Below are positions 11,022 to 23,400 of a stretch of 64,000 nucleotides of DNA, piece after piece (positions within the stretch are counted from its first letter, which is position 1; each line of letters begins with the position of its first letter). The DNA is from Terriglobia bacterium. Lineage in GTDB: Bacteria > Acidobacteriota > Terriglobia > 20CM-2-55-15. The notes under the pieces are model-generated. The model was not told the origin of the DNA, ran no database searches, and worked only from the letters and a program-made list of their open reading frames with translations. Position numbers and translations under genes: made by a program. Where the stretch lies: positions 206,436 to 270,435 of the forward strand of contig CBDCLE010000001.1 in NCBI GenBank assembly GCA_965218585.1, read 5' to 3'.

Positions 11022-11933
11022 CTAATCAAAAAGCCCCGGTTGGTCGTAACGCAAGGGTATATCGTCGACGAGGGAGTCGAAGCCCAACTCCTGGCACAGG
11101 GAGATGACCGCGTCGGGGCTACCTTTCCGATAACGGAGGCTATCGGGTGTGATGTCGACGTCGACGTCGCACCGTATGCGGGCCAACTCACGGCTTGTTC
11201 GAACCGTATCCATGTTTTCGCGAATGCGTTTGAGTATGACGTCCCTTCCGCGAATGGACAGATGATCCAAGTCTGCTTCCGGGATGTCTTCGACCGTGCG
11301 GCAGACGGACAGGAGTTTCCCGGCAGTCTTGCCTCCGACGCCCTGGATTCCGGGAATGTTATCCACCGAGTCTCCGAGCAGTGCTAAGAGATCCGGAACC
11401 TGTGACGGCTCGACACCAAGTTTTGTCTTTACGGCGGCTGCATCCAGCCAGGAGTTCTTGGCGAGATCGTAAATCCGGATACGGTCGTCGACCAGTTGGG
11501 CCAGGTCCTTGTCACCGGAAACAATAACCACAGGGTGACCCGCCTCTGCCATGCGGACTGCGATGGAACCGATCACGTCATCTGCTTCGTAAGTTTCGAC
11601 CTCGAAAGCCGGTATACCCACGGCCTCTGTGACACGTCGGCAATACCCGAACTGAACCTTTAGATCGTCGGGTGGGGCGGTACGGTTCGCCTTGTAATCT
11701 GCGAACATCTGACGTCGGAAGGAATGAGCGCCTTCGAAGGCTGCGGCCATATACGGCGGCCCTTGTTCCCGAATGATTCGGAGAAGTGTTCGCAGATATC
11801 CCAGCACCGCGTTGGTCTTCATCCCGGAAGGGGCGATGATACTGTCCGGCATGCCATAGTACGCCCTGAAGATATAGTTCATCGCGTCGATCAGGAATAC
11901 GGGCCGCGAGTTCAGGGGTTGGGCTTCGGACAT
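11022..11933 (-). CDS. Stand-alone 5'-3' exonuclease / flap endonuclease (PolI N-terminal-like)
   Basis: LIDA, YKANR, EADDVIG, SGDKDL, GDSVDNIPG..GVG.KTA; no polymerase domain. Confidence 0.9.
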   Translation of the reverse strand: MSEAQPLNSRPVFLIDAMNYIFRAYYGMPDSIIAPSGMKTNAVLGYLRTLLRIIREQGPPYMAAAFEGAHSFRRQMFADYKANRTAPPDDLKVQFGYCRRVTEAVGIPAFEVETYEADDVIGSIAVRMAEAGHPVVIVSGDKDLAQLVDDRIRIYDLAKNSWLDAAAVKTKLGVEPSQVPDLLALLGDSVDNIPGIQGVGGKTAGKLLSVCRTVEDIPEADLDHLSIRGRDVILKRIRENMDTVRTSRELARIRCDVDVDITPDSLRYRKGSPDAVISLCQELGFDSLVDDIPLRYDQPGLFD

Positions 11934-11953
11934 TGATCCAAATGGGTTGGCGG

Positions 11954-12328
11954 TTATTTGATCGGCGTGGGCTTGCCTTCGTCATCCACCGCGACATACA
12001 CAACCCGCGCCGACGTAACCTTGACAGTTTCATGGTGCCCCGCGGGGCCGGTGCGCTCTGCTTCGACTTCCACTTCGATTGTGACGGACGTCTTTCCCGT
12101 TTTTACGGTCCGTGTATAAAACGTGACGGTGTCGCCGAGGAAGACAGGAGAGACGAACTCGACGTTTTCCATCAGCTTCGTCACGAATCTCTGTGCACTA
12201 TGCCTGCGTGCTTCATTGCTCCCGGCAAGATCGAGATGGCTCAGGATGACGCCACCAAAGATCGTCCCCATCTGGTTTGTATCCTTGGGGAGCATGACCA
12301 CGCGGATTGCTACGTTATATCCGTCCAA
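11954..12328 (-). CDS. Acyl-CoA thioesterase (YciA-like hotdog fold)
   Basis: MLPKDTN..GTIFGG, VYVAVD..GKP. Confidence 0.9.
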   Translation of the reverse strand: MDGYNVAIRVVMLPKDTNQMGTIFGGVILSHLDLAGSNEARRHSAQRFVTKLMENVEFVSPVFLGDTVTFYTRTVKTGKTSVTIEVEVEAERTGPAGHHETVKVTSARVVYVAVDDEGKPTPIK

Positions 12329-12364
12329 TTCAGCACCTGTTTCGGGAAGATTCCAGTAGATTTC

Positions 12365-12780
12365 TCATTCCACTATCCGTGCATCCACGACGCGTAGTGT
12401 GCCCGTTACGGCTCCGTCACGCGGCAGGGCATCACGGCTGCCCACATCATGTTCTTCTCCGGGTCCCAATCTCTGGTCGATCACGATCTGGTCTACCTCG
12501 GTTGTTTCTCCGAGCTCATCTATATACGTCGCTTCGACAAGGATCCGGTCATAAGTCGTCGCCCGGCTCTGGTTTCGAAAACTCACAAACCACAGAGGCC
12601 GTTCTCCATCGGGTGCGGGCTGAAACTGCTTTTTGTGATGGCGATCTCATTGGAAGCGTCGGGGTCGCTGAACCAGTTTTGAACAGAGTCTCCGTAGGAG
12701 CGATAGCCGAGGACGAGGGCAATAAGGATGAAGGCGACACGGCGTCCGACAACCCAGTATCGCGATTTGAGAAAATCCAC
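12365..12780 (-). CDS. Hypothetical membrane-anchored protein, split by an apparent 1-nt frameshift at 12630-12634
   Basis: ORFs 12583-12780 and 12365-12586 join (ITKKQFQPAPDGERPLWFVSFRN) if one T is added to the T5 run. Confidence 0.6.
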
Positions 12781-12784
12781 CCGG

Positions 12785-14005
12785 TTATCCCGGTTCTTCC
12801 TGAAGCGTCAGCCCCAGCGTGGTTCGTTGACCGTTTCTGAGGACGACGACCTCGACCCGTTCTCCCGGTTGGCGCGGTTCCAGAATCGTGTTGACGTCGT
12901 TCATCGAGGTGACGTTGCGTCCCTCGATTGAGACGACGACATCGCCTCCGGTAGGTACGAGATAGTTTCCTACACGGACTCTCTCTCTGGCGCCACGTAG
13001 ATCGCTCGCTGCCGCGGGGCTGCCTGCCAATACGGTGGTTACCAGTACACCCGAAACGGTTTCCAACCCCAGGGCTTCGGAGAGTCCCCTGAAGTCGGAC
13101 AGGTTGATTCCCTGGAAGCCGATGTAAACCCGCCGCACGCGCCCGTAAGTGATCAGATCGTTGGTGACGCGGTTCACCGTTTCCACAGGAACCGCAAACC
13201 CGATGCCCACGCTTCCGGTGTTTGACGGAGAAACGATGGCCGTATTGATTCCGATGACATTGCCTTCTGCGTTGAGGAGAGGCCCACCAGAGTTGCCCGG
13301 GTTGATCGCAGCATCAGTCTGTATGATCCCCTCGATGACGCGGCCATTGGTGGCCTGTATCGACCGGCCCAGCGAACTGATGATTCCCGTCGTCAATGTT
13401 CCCTCCAGTCCGAACGGGTTGCCGATCGCCAGTACCTTCTGGCCTACGCGCAAGGCTTCGGAGGAGCCGAAGGGGATTGGTATCCATTGAACGTCTTCTG
13501 AATCGACCTTTATGACTGCCAGGTCGTTGTTAGGATCGACGCCGACGATTCGGGCGGGATGTCGGCCGAGGTCCGATAAGGTGACCTCCAGCTGCTGGGC
13601 GTTTTCGATGACGTGATAATTGGTGACGATGTGTCCCTGGTTGTCGATAACGACACCGGAGCCTGATCCGGACTCGGGAATAGGTCGCAGGAAGAAGTCG
13701 TAACTGACCGTCGTCGAAGTGATGTTGACGACGCCGCGGCTTCGGTTCCGGTAAATATCGATGTTGTTGAGTTCGTCCGTCGTCAGGTCGCTGGCCGTTG
13801 GCTGTGGTAGTGGGGCGGGAGCCGGCGCTGGTTCCGTGTCACGCACGGAAATCGGTGCAGGTTCGATGATCGTCAAATCGGCGGGTTGAGTGTCGTTAGC
13901 TGCGGTGTTGACCGGGGCGGGCTGGCGGCGCGATTCAAGGGCGACATAGACCACCGCTGCGGTGATGATAGCCGTCAGAAAAGCGACTCTGATCGTGGAT
14001 TGCAT
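12785..14005 (-). CDS. HtrA/DegP-like trypsin serine protease with PDZ domain
   Basis: TNYHV, DLAV, AIGNPFG, IQTDAAINPGNSGGPL; N-terminal TM helix. Confidence 0.92.
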   Translation of the reverse strand: MQSTIRVAFLTAIITAAVVYVALESRRQPAPVNTAANDTQPADLTIIEPAPISVRDTEPAPAPAPLPQPTASDLTTDELNNIDIYRNRSRGVVNITSTTVSYDFFLRPIPESGSGSGVVIDNQGHIVTNYHVIENAQQLEVTLSDLGRHPARIVGVDPNNDLAVIKVDSEDVQWIPIPFGSSEALRVGQKVLAIGNPFGLEGTLTTGIISSLGRSIQATNGRVIEGIIQTDAAINPGNSGGPLLNAEGNVIGINTAIVSPSNTGSVGIGFAVPVETVNRVTNDLITYGRVRRVYIGFQGINLSDFRGLSEALGLETVSGVLVTTVLAGSPAAASDLRGARERVRVGNYLVPTGGDVVVSIEGRNVTSMNDVNTILEPRQPGERVEVVVLRNGQRTTLGLTLQEEPG

Positions 14006-14036
14006 TCTGCTTCCGATCGTTTAACGTTCAGAGTAA

Positions 14037-14993
14037 TTATGCCGCATGCAACTCGACAATGTCACCGTCATCGAGTATGAAGTCGCGGGCGACCACAAGG
14101 CCATCGGTTTTATCTTTGCTCCATACCTTGGCGAACTTGAGAGTTTCGGCCAGTTCCCGGTGGACGACCCCGGCCAGGTCGAGGACTGTGCTGCCCCGTG
14201 CGATGACAAACGGGTCCCTCCGTTCGGCCTTTTTGCCGGGTGCCTTGGTGTAGACACGCACGAGGTCGAGAAACTCGTAAACTCTTCGGCTGATGTCCTC
14301 GACATGATTCTCCTGATCCTGAACGCTGGAGAATCTTATGAACTCGAACCGATCTCCGTACACCTCTTTCAAGATCTCTTCACGATCATCTGCGCCCCCC
14401 GCTTCGGCCTTGTTGCCTACGATCAGTGTCTTTCTTGCCCCGAGTTCGATTTTCGCGGTGCGGAGTATTTCCAGTGTCGTTTCCATGTGATCGAGAACGG
14501 CATCGTCGGAGAGGTCCACGACCCAGAGAACGGCGTCCGCGTTGCGAATGATCTGGGGTACCCATGATTCCAGGTGGTCAGCGGACACTGGTGGCAGATC
14601 CACGAGCTGGAGTTGAACTTCCTCGAACGTGAGCATTCCGGGGATCGGTGCGCGGGTCGTGAAAGGATAGTCGGCGATCTCAGGTGTCGCATGTGTGAGG
14701 GCAGCGAGCAGGCTGCTCTTTCCAGCGTTGGGTGCCCCGACCAGCGCCAGTTGCCGTGCACCCTGTCGGTCCAGGTGGAACGGGTCCTTCCGTACGGCCG
14801 ATTTCTTCTGCGTCGATTCCTTCCGGAGTGCGGAGAGTTTTTTCTTGAGGTCCGCCCGGAGTTTTTCCGTCCCTTTATGTTTCGGAATGATCGCCATCAT
14901 TTCCTGAAGCGCGGTCACCTTTTCCTTGGGTGTTTCGGCAGCCTTGAACCGCTTCTCTGCTTCCAGGTATTGCGGAGTCAAATTGGCGGGCAT
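14037..14993 (-). CDS. DRG-like Obg-family GTPase with TGS domain
   Basis: [47 protein letters not shown]. Confidence 0.88.
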   Translation of the reverse strand: MPANLTPQYLEAEKRFKAAETPKEKVTALQEMMAIIPKHKGTEKLRADLKKKLSALRKESTQKKSAVRKDPFHLDRQGARQLALVGAPNAGKSSLLAALTHATPEIADYPFTTRAPIPGMLTFEEVQLQLVDLPPVSADHLESWVPQIIRNADAVLWVVDLSDDAVLDHMETTLEILRTAKIELGARKTLIVGNKAEAGGADDREEILKEVYGDRFEFIRFSSVQDQENHVEDISRRVYEFLDLVRVYTKAPGKKAERRDPFVIARGSTVLDLAGVVHRELAETLKFAKVWSKDKTDGLVVARDFILDDGDIVELHAA

Positions 14994-15054
14994 GTCGCTA
15001 AGAATAGCAAAGCCGGGCTGAGACATGAAGGGAGGGAAGTCTGTAGTAATTCGG

Positions 15055-15140
15055 ATTAATTCGGGGACAGTGAGCAAATTCAATCCAGCCGGACATCGAT
15101 AAATTGCGAACTGTTTAATCGCTCACTGTCCCCGAATTAA
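15055..15140. repeat. GGGGACAG-family inverted repeat
   Basis: ATTAATTCGGGGACAGTGAGC ... GCTCACTGTCCCGAATTAAT. Confidence 0.85.
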
Positions 15141-15163
15141 TTTCGAACTACACTCTGATTAGA

Positions 15164-15391
15164 GTGATGAATTCCAAGAGAGTTGCAGTTCTTTTCAAAT
15201 GGCTCTCGAGGATTGTGTTTACGCTTTCACTTCTGTGGGTCCTCCTATTCGCATACCTTTCCGATGCTCTCGGCGACTTCTTCGGCCCTCCCGACTGGCC
15301 CGTAATTCTCCTCGTGGCCTTCGTCGGGTTCGTGATCGGATTCTTGCTTCGTTGGATGAGCAGGCGATCAATTGGGGACAGAGGTGTCTGA
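15164..15391 (+). CDS. Small hypothetical two-TM membrane protein
   Basis: 75 aa with two hydrophobic helices; TACACT upstream; overlaps the MFS gene 3' end. Confidence 0.5.
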   Translation: MMNSKRVAVLFKWLSRIVFTLSLLWVLLFAYLSDALGDFFGPPDWPVILLVAFVGFVIGFLLRWMSRRSIGDRGV

Positions 15392-16570
15392 CGCTATGTT
15401 TTTGGCGGGCTCTTTTAGCCACCTGCAGGTCGGGACAATCAGGATCGTGATGAACGCTGTAATCCAGGCGACGGTGCCAAAACCGGATTGGTCGAACGCC
15501 GCTGCGGAGACTGCTGCAGTCACTGCGATACCAAGCTGAGAGGCTGCGTTGCGTACGGCCATGTACGAACCGCGAACCTCAGAACTGACGAGTTCGGTGG
15601 TCAGAGCATGCAGCGGCGCCTGGCGGGCGGCAGCCGTGATGCTCAGGACGCCGACGAAAAGAAAGAGCGCCAGTCCCCACCCGAGGTTGGAGACGATTAC
15701 GAAAAGCGGCGCCAGAAACAGGTTTGCACCGAGGATCAGGACTCGCTTCCCAAGACGGTCGGCCAGCCACCCCGAGAGAGGTGCGGCTAGGGTGGCTGCC
15801 AGTCCTGCGACCATGAACAGAATTCCCAACTGCTCCACACCGACTCCGTCCCCGGCAAGCCAGACACCCACGTAGGTCAGAAAGCCCACCAAGCCGCCGG
15901 AGGTCAGGAATGCGGCGACCATTCCGGCGACGCGATCCGGGAATCGGAAGTGAGCCAGCACATTGGTGGGAGAGGCTTGCCCTGTCTGGCGCTTGTCCGC
16001 GGGCAGCATTAAAATCGTCACAAGGAACATAGCCGCGCCGGCTAGGGCCAGGCCCAGGAAAATCCAGCGCCAGTCGTACCTTGCCGCGATCAGAGTCCCG
16101 GCCGGCACACTGATGACGAACACCAGGAAATAGGCCATCGATATGATTCCCATTGCCCTGCCGCGCTGCTGGTATGGGTAGTGGTCACCTGCATAGGAGA
16201 AGGCCAGAGTCGAGAGCGTGCCTGTAGAGAGACCCGTCAAGAGCCTTGCCGTCAACAAGATGCTAAAATAGGAGCTTCGGTACGTGATGAGGGACGCCAG
16301 GCCGAACACCAGCAGCGCCAGACACATCAGCCGCTTGCGGCCGATCCGGTCCGAAGCCGTTCCCAGCACCAATGCGAAGGCTGCTGCCGCGAGCGCGTAG
16401 GCCGTTACAACCGTTCCCGCACGGCCCGGCGATATAACGAGATCTTCGGCTATTGACGGGATCAGAGGCGGGATGAGCGCTGTATCGGAGACACCCAGGA
16501 AGAGAATCCCGAACAGGATTACTGCTGCCTTCCACTGAAAGTTGCTGCTTGAATCGGTGCCCGGCGACAC
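15368..16570 (-). CDS. MFS transporter
   Basis: About 12 TM segments; motif A in both halves (GTASDRIGRKR, GWLADRLGKR). Confidence 0.9.
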   Translation of the reverse strand: MSPGTDSSSNFQWKAAVILFGILFLGVSDTALIPPLIPSIAEDLVISPGRAGTVVTAYALAAAAFALVLGTASDRIGRKRLMCLALLVFGLASLITYRSSYFSILLTARLLTGLSTGTLSTLAFSYAGDHYPYQQRGRAMGIISMAYFLVFVISVPAGTLIAARYDWRWIFLGLALAGAAMFLVTILMLPADKRQTGQASPTNVLAHFRFPDRVAGMVAAFLTSGGLVGFLTYVGVWLAGDGVGVEQLGILFMVAGLAATLAAPLSGWLADRLGKRVLILGANLFLAPLFVIVSNLGWGLALFLFVGVLSITAAARQAPLHALTTELVSSEVRGSYMAVRNAASQLGIAVTAAVSAAAFDQSGFGTVAWITAFITILIVPTCRWLKEPAKNIASDTSVPN

Positions 16571-16642
16571 GGGCGGATTCTATCACAGCGTATTTATGAG
16601 CCGCGTGCAGGGCATGCGGCCTAATTGGGAAAGGAACCAACA

Positions 16643-19072
16643 TTGAAGAGTGAGTTCGGGGATCCCGAAGCGATACGGGAAAAAATTCAATCGATACCGG
16701 ACGAGTTGCCCATCCTGCCTCTCCGTGACGCCGTCATATTCCCAACTGCGGTGATGCCGCTGACCGTCGGTCGGGAAAGTTCAGTGCAGCTGGTCAACGA
16801 GGTTCAGGACAGTAACGGTCTGCTGGCTGTCTTGACGCAACGCGACAAGACGATCGAAGTCCCCGGACTCGAAGATCTTTACGAAACCGGCACGGTGTCG
16901 GTGATTCATCGAGTCATGAGGACTCCCGAGGGAAACCTCTTCGTGATCGTCATGGCGATTGCCCGGATGAGGATCGTGGAGTTTACACAGTTCGAGCCGT
17001 ATCTGCGGGCCCGCATCGAAGTTCTCTCCGATGATTCCGAGCAAGAAGATGAAGTCGACTTTCAGGCGCTTCGCCGGAGCGTCCTGGGACAGTTTGAACA
17101 GGTGATCCGGCTCTCGCCACAACTTCCCGACGACCTTCAGACCTTCGTCATCAACATCGACGAATCCGGGAGGCTCGCCGATTATATCGCCACCAATCTT
17201 CCCAACCTTGAAGTTGAATCGAAGCAGCTCGTGTTGGGAATGACCAGCGCGCGTAAGCGACTGGATTTCTTAAACACCGAACTTGCCAAGGAACTCGAGG
17301 TTCTCGAACTTCGAACAAAGATCCAAAGCCAGGTTGAAGAAGAGGTCGGCAAGTCGCAGCGTGAGTACTTCCTTCGGGAGCAGATGCGGGCGATCCAGAA
17401 GGAATTGGGTGAGACCGACGATTCGCAACGCGAGATCGACGAGTTGCGGGAGCAGATCGAGAAGGCCAGTCTTCCGGAGGAAGCGGCCAAGGAAGCCGAA
17501 CGCGAACTGACGCGCCTGGGGCGGATGTCTCCGGCGGCAGCCGACTATACGGTGACTCGGACGTATCTGGATTGGCTCGTAACCCTTCCATGGAACGTGT
17601 TGACGACTGAAAAGGTCGACATTGCCCACGCCAGGGAAATTCTCGATCGGGACCATCATGACCTGGAAAAGATCAAAGAGAGAATTCTCGAATACCTTGC
17701 GGTGTTGGAACTGCGTCCCGAGGGCAAGGCCCCGATCCTCTGTTTCGTGGGCCCGCCGGGAGTGGGAAAGACTTCTCTCGGGCGTTCGATCGCCGAAGCC
17801 ACCGGTCGCCGTTTTATTCGCATGTCCCTGGGCGGCATGCGAGACGAGGCAGAGATCCGCGGGCACCGGCGAACCTACATCGGTGCGCTTCCAGGCCAGA
17901 TCATCCAGCACATCCGGCGCGCGGAAGCGCGCGACCCTGTTCTGATGCTCGACGAAATCGACAAGCTGGGCGCCGACTTCAGAGGAGATCCCGCCTCGGC
18001 CCTGCTCGAAGTGCTCGATCCGGAACAGAACTCCACGTTCCGCGACCACTATCTGGATGTGGTGTTCGATCTTTCGCGCGTCTTTTTCATCACGACGGCC
18101 AACGTTCTCGACACCATTCCCTCCGCACTCCTTGACCGCATGGAAACCATCGAGTTACCCGGGTACACCGAAGAGGAAAAGGTTCATATCGCCCGGGATT
18201 ACCTTGTGCCGCGCCGGATTGAGGAGAATGGCCTGAAGGTGGAGCAGATCGAATTCTCCGACGACGCGCTCCAGGATGTTGCCCGGCACTATACGCGGGA
18301 GGCCGGGGTCCGAAACCTCGAGCGGGAGATTGGGAATATCTGTAGAAAATACGCGCGCCAGCTGTTGGAAGGAAAAGAGCCCGAAGTCCGGGTCACACCA
18401 AAGGTTGTCACCGGTCTGCTGGGTGCACCGAAGTTCAAGGTGGCCGAGGAACTCGAAGAAAGAGTCAAGCGTGCCGGTGTCGCGGTGGGTCTGGCCTGGA
18501 CGCCTGTCGGGGGAGAAGTGTTGTTCGTCGAAGCCAACCTGGCCGGTGGCGGCCGGCATCTGACGGTAACCGGCCAACTGGGTGACGTGATGCAGGAGTC
18601 CACCAAGGCCGCCCTGACATGGGTCCGTTCGATGGCCACGCGCCTGGGCCTGGAGTCGGATTTTTACAAGGATCGCGATGTTCATATTCACGTGCCTTCC
18701 GGAGCCATACCCAAGGATGGGCCTTCGGCCGGCGTCACGATGGTGACAGCGCTCGTGTCCTCGCTCCTGGGTGAGCCGGTTCGGCCCAAGCTGGCCATGA
18801 CAGGGGAGATCACGCTGAGTGGTCACGTCCTGCCAGTCGGCGGCATCAAGGAGAAGGTTCTTGCGGCCCGTCGTGCCGGTGTCAACGAGCTTCTCCTGCC
18901 GGCGGAGAACGAGAAGAATGTCCTTGAAGACATCCAGGGAGACTTGCTGGCCTCGATCCGGATTCGCTACGTCAAGACGATCGAAGAGGTATTGACCTTC
19001 GCTTTCGAGAACGAAGTCCTGGCAGATGAGGTCGGGGCAGAACCGACCAAAGAATCGGTGCCGGGGAGATAA
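16643..19072 (+). CDS. lon: ATP-dependent Lon protease
   Basis: [45 protein letters not shown]; start TTG 16643 (AAGGA RBS) or 16625. Confidence 0.97.
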   Translation: MKSEFGDPEAIREKIQSIPDELPILPLRDAVIFPTAVMPLTVGRESSVQLVNEVQDSNGLLAVLTQRDKTIEVPGLEDLYETGTVSVIHRVMRTPEGNLFVIVMAIARMRIVEFTQFEPYLRARIEVLSDDSEQEDEVDFQALRRSVLGQFEQVIRLSPQLPDDLQTFVINIDESGRLADYIATNLPNLEVESKQLVLGMTSARKRLDFLNTELAKELEVLELRTKIQSQVEEEVGKSQREYFLREQMRAIQKELGETDDSQREIDELREQIEKASLPEEAAKEAERELTRLGRMSPAAADYTVTRTYLDWLVTLPWNVLTTEKVDIAHAREILDRDHHDLEKIKERILEYLAVLELRPEGKAPILCFVGPPGVGKTSLGRSIAEATGRRFIRMSLGGMRDEAEIRGHRRTYIGALPGQIIQHIRRAEARDPVLMLDEIDKLGADFRGDPASALLEVLDPEQNSTFRDHYLDVVFDLSRVFFITTANVLDTIPSALLDRMETIELPGYTEEEKVHIARDYLVPRRIEENGLKVEQIEFSDDALQDVARHYTREAGVRNLEREIGNICRKYARQLLEGKEPEVRVTPKVVTGLLGAPKFKVAEELEERVKRAGVAVGLAWTPVGGEVLFVEANLAGGGRHLTVTGQLGDVMQESTKAALTWVRSMATRLGLESDFYKDRDVHIHVPSGAIPKDGPSAGVTMVTALVSSLLGEPVRPKLAMTGEITLSGHVLPVGGIKEKVLAARRAGVNELLLPAENEKNVLEDIQGDLLASIRIRYVKTIEEVLTFAFENEVLADEVGAEPTKESVPGR

Positions 19073-19074
19073 CG

Positions 19075-20403
19075 ATGACGACTTCCTCTGCTTCCGAAAC
19101 GAAGTTCGCTGCATGGTTCGAGTGTTTCGCCGGTTGCGGCACACGAATTCCCCTCGAAGAAATTGTGTACCGGTGCCCCTCCTGTAATTCATTGCTTGAG
19201 GTGCGTCATGAGGTCGACGCCCTTCAGTCGGTGCCCGCCGAGCATTGGAAGGAACTGTTCTCCTCCCGCCTGGCCTCTCGTGGCGGCGTCTGGTCACAGA
19301 AGGAGTTGGTTCTTCCACTCGCCGCCGACGAAGACATCGTGTCGCTGGGTGAAGGGAACACCCCGATGCTTGGAAGTCGTCGAATGGCCGAGACTCTGGG
19401 CGTCAAAGAAATATTAGTCAAACAGTGTGGGACTTCGCATACAGGGTCTTTCAAGGATCTTGGGATGACAGTCCTCGTGTCGATGGTCAACCGGATCCGT
19501 TCAAAAATCCGCGCCGTTGCCTGTGCTTCGACCGGGGACACCTCGGCCGCTCTGGCTGCCTACTGCGCGGCAGCGGGAATTCCGTCGATCGTCTTTCTGC
19601 CGAAGGACAAGGTTTCCCTGCCTCAGCTGATCCAGCCCATTTCAAACGGCGCGCTTACGTTGTCACTGGATACCGACTTCGATGGGTGTATGAAGATCGT
19701 CCAGCAGATCACCGAGGACAGTTCCATATATCTGGCGAATTCGATGAATTCCCTGAGGGTCGAAGGGCAGAAAACCATCAGTCTCGAAATCGTCCAGCAG
19801 TTGGGATGGGAGGTGCCCGATTACGTCGTCGTTCCCGGTGGCAACCTCGGCAACGTATCGGCGATCGGTATGGGTTTCATCCTGGCGAGGGAACTGGGTA
19901 TCATCGACCGAATGCCTCGGCTTGTCTGCGCTCAGACCGAACGGGCAAATCCCCTGTATCGAGCCTACCAATCCGGTTTCGAAAACTTCGAGCCCATTAC
20001 CGCGCAAACCACCATGGCGACCGCCATCCAGATCGGCAACCCGGTCAGTTTTCCCAAGGCCGTAAGGGCTCTCCGGGAAAGCGATGGGATCGTCGGTCAG
20101 GTGAGTGAGGCAGAACTGGCCGACGCCGCCGCCTTCGGTGATGGATTCGGGCTCTTCAATGATCCGCAAACTGGTGTTGCCCTTGGAGTTACACGTAAAT
20201 TGATTGCCTCGGGAGAGATAGAGAAGGATGCTCGAATCGTTGTCATCAGCACCGCCCACGGGCTCAAGTTTACCGACTTCAAGCTGAGGGTGCACCGGGG
20301 CAAGGTGGCTGGGACCGATCCGGGCCTCCGCAACCTGCCGATTGACGTTTCCGCCGACATCGATGAGGTCAGGAGGATCTTAGATGGCAACCTGCCGGCT
20401 TGA
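19075..20403 (+). CDS. thrC: Threonine synthase
   Basis: SLGEGNTP, TGSFKD, CASTGDTSA, PGGNLGN, TAHGLKF. Confidence 0.93.
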   Translation: MTTSSASETKFAAWFECFAGCGTRIPLEEIVYRCPSCNSLLEVRHEVDALQSVPAEHWKELFSSRLASRGGVWSQKELVLPLAADEDIVSLGEGNTPMLGSRRMAETLGVKEILVKQCGTSHTGSFKDLGMTVLVSMVNRIRSKIRAVACASTGDTSAALAAYCAAAGIPSIVFLPKDKVSLPQLIQPISNGALTLSLDTDFDGCMKIVQQITEDSSIYLANSMNSLRVEGQKTISLEIVQQLGWEVPDYVVVPGGNLGNVSAIGMGFILARELGIIDRMPRLVCAQTERANPLYRAYQSGFENFEPITAQTTMATAIQIGNPVSFPKAVRALRESDGIVGQVSEAELADAAAFGDGFGLFNDPQTGVALGVTRKLIASGEIEKDARIVVISTAHGLKFTDFKLRVHRGKVAGTDPGLRNLPIDVSADIDEVRRILDGNLPA

Positions 20404-20486
20404 TGATGGCAACCAACCTGCTTGACAATACCTGACGACCGGAAGCTATAATTTTTCAATAAGTTAGCGTTGTCCTAAGGTAACGT

Positions 20487-23400
20487 GTGGTCAAAATAAA
20501 CACATTGCTGCGGCTTCTGTGCGCATTACTGGTGGTGACCTGTGTGGTCCTGCCGGCGTCAGCCCAGTCTGTGTTTCATTTTCCACGTGTCGTGGCTGGT
20601 GGCCCCGAGGCGTCCCATTTCACGATTTCTAACCCTTCGGCGTCTGCGGCCGAGGTCGAATTCGAACTGTTTGGTTTGGATGGATCGCTCGTGGCCGCCC
20701 CAGCCAATCCGGTGCGCTACCGTGTTGAGCCCGACAGCATCCTCTCCATGGGAGCCGACACGGTTTTCGCCACTTCGGCTGTCACTGGATGGATTCGTGT
20801 AAGCAGTGATCGTTCGGGTCTGGCGGCCCGGCTTCAGACAGGAGATTTCGCCTCCAGTCTTGAAGAGGTGTTGGCCGCTTCCCCGATGGCAGACCAGGTT
20901 GTGGTCATTCCATCCACGGATCCGCTTGCGGTGCGTTCGCTGCGCATCGTGAATCCTTCTGACAGCCTCACATCGGTGAATGCGACCGTCTTTGATGGCG
21001 CGGGGAACCTGACCCGGGCGATTCCTGCGACGCTGGAAGCCAACCAAGCTACCGACATCATTCTTGGTGTCGTTGTTTCGGGTTCGGCCGTAAGGATCAG
21101 TTCGAGTCAACCCGTGGTTGCGCAGGTTGAGGTCAGGACGAACGATTCCCTGATGCTCGTGAACGGGCAGGCGGCTCGAATTGAGACCGCAGCTTTCCGC
21201 GTTGCTCCCCACGTCGTGATCGGTAACGGGTTTGCCTCGACGCTCCTGTTGTCCAATCCCACCGGACAGTCGATTACCGTGCACGCGACCCTGCTCAGTC
21301 AGACAGGCGGTCCGATCCACATTTCCCAGAGCGTTCCGCGCAGACATCCCTTGACGATCCCGGCCAACGGTTCCGTGTCGGTCGGTGTGGGACAGATCAG
21401 CGGACTTCTGTTTGTCCCGTCTGTCAACGGCTGGATTGAGATCGAATCTCCGAACGTAGCGCTGGCGGGCGGACTGGTTGTTTCCCGGGGGACGAACCAG
21501 ACGCTATATCCGCTTCAGGTGGCTTCGGAAAGCAACGTGTTCTATCCACAATCCGGAGAACTGGATTCCTCGCTCGCCGGACTGGCTGTGACCAATCTTT
21601 CCGGGGTTGCTGCAGACGTGGAAATCGCAGCGATCGACGACGATGGCCATACGTTGGCCCGGTCCTCGGTTGTTGTAGCGGCGCGCAGCAAGGTGACGCG
21701 GCTCGCCGGAGAATTGCTTCCCGGAATCGACATGCCTGCCGGGGGAACCCTGACGTTGAGATCTTCAACTCCTGTTTACGGTGTCCAGATGGGTGGCGGG
21801 GCCGGGGGTTTCCTCGCCGCAGCGGAACCGGAAACACTGTCTCTCGGTTTCGCGGACTCTATCGAACGCCGGCCCGAGATCACAGCGATCGAACCCGAAC
21901 AGGTTCGGCCGGGCGATACCGTCCGTCTCCGTGGGGTGAATCTGAACGTCAACAGTCTGCTTCTGGGTGGTCGACCGATCAGTGCGCGTTCGCTGGCTCC
22001 GGGGATCTCGGTCCTTGTCGTGGACATACCGGAAATCGATGTGGGATTTGTCGATTTTCAGATTCGCACCTCGGATGGTGCGGAATCGGATCCCTACACC
22101 ATTCTGGTTCTACCGTCGGATCAGACGCCTTTGAGGGAAGTACGCGGGCGGGCATTTTACGAGAAGATCGATCTCGGCCCGGATGGGCTCGATCTGGCCG
22201 GGCCCGTGATGGTTCCAATCCGCGAAGCCCGGATCGACGTCTTCAGCCAGGTAACCGGACAGGTGTTTTCCGTTGCGAGCACCGACTAGGAAGGGAACTT
22301 CCGCGCTCTGGCCCCTCTCGGGTCAGAGTACGCGTTGCGGGCACTCAGCCAATCTTCTGTGTCCGGGGTGGTCGTGGCCGACAACACCAGCGGTGGGGCG
22401 ATTTATTTTGTCACTGCAGGTATCGACTCGGAGACGAGTCCCGTTCTCCTCGCTTCGGATACGGACCGGAGATCGGGTGCATTCAATATTCTGGAAGCTA
22501 TTCGACAGGGCAATGCGGTTCTGGGCGCCATCGATTCAGCTCTTGGATTGGGGAACCTGAGTATCTTCTGGAGTCCGGACAATACAGCGGTAGCAGGCGA
22601 TGTGGATTCGGGTCAGATCGGCGGCACGTTCTTCAACGCTGAAACCAGCACCGCGTTTATCCTCGGCGACCGTGAGACGGATTCAGATGAATTTGACGAT
22701 TCTGTCATTCTCCATGAATACGCGCACCTGCTGGCCACGCGGTTTTCCAGAGACGACTCTCGCGGTGGCCCCCATGTTCTGGGCGACGTTCTCGATCCCA
22801 GGGTGGCCTGGTCTGAAGGCTGGGCGAATTTCTTTTCTGGTTGGGTGCGGGGCAACCCCGTTTACAGAGACTCCCTTGGATTTGGTGGCGAGTCGGTTCT
22901 CGAACACAACCTGGAAGACAACATACCCATCGGAGATCAGCCCGGTTACTGGAGCGAGTTCTCCATTCACTCGATTCTGTGGGACCTGACAGACTCGGCC
23001 ACCGATAACGGGGACATCTCCGAGATCCCGTTCGGAGTTATCTGGGAAGCTTTTACCGGGCTCGGTGAGGACAGTTTCGTCTACGTACCGTCATTCCTGG
23101 ACCGATTGGCCACGCTGAGACCCGAAGAGGCGTTCGGAATCGGACAGATCACGCGAATGAGGTCCATCGACTATGTCGCCTCTTCCCAACCGAGCGTATC
23201 GAATCCGTTCCCACGCCTGGCGTCGGGGACAGAATCGGTTGCGGGCGACGTCGATTCGCTCTCAAGAGGGCGCGCGAACCTGGCCGAGTCAGCACACCAG
23301 TACGTCTTCGATGTAAGCGGCGGGGCTGTCTCCATCCGCCTGGACATCACGGGACCGGGTCCTGCTCGGAATCCGAACGCGAACGATCTGGACCTGTTCC

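Noticed and set aside
22287-22289. Genome-wide TAG recoding or pyrrolysine
   Set aside because: TAG terminates many conserved genes at their expected ends (DUF1015, mqnE, purC, apt, rpmF), and no pyl genes are present in the window.
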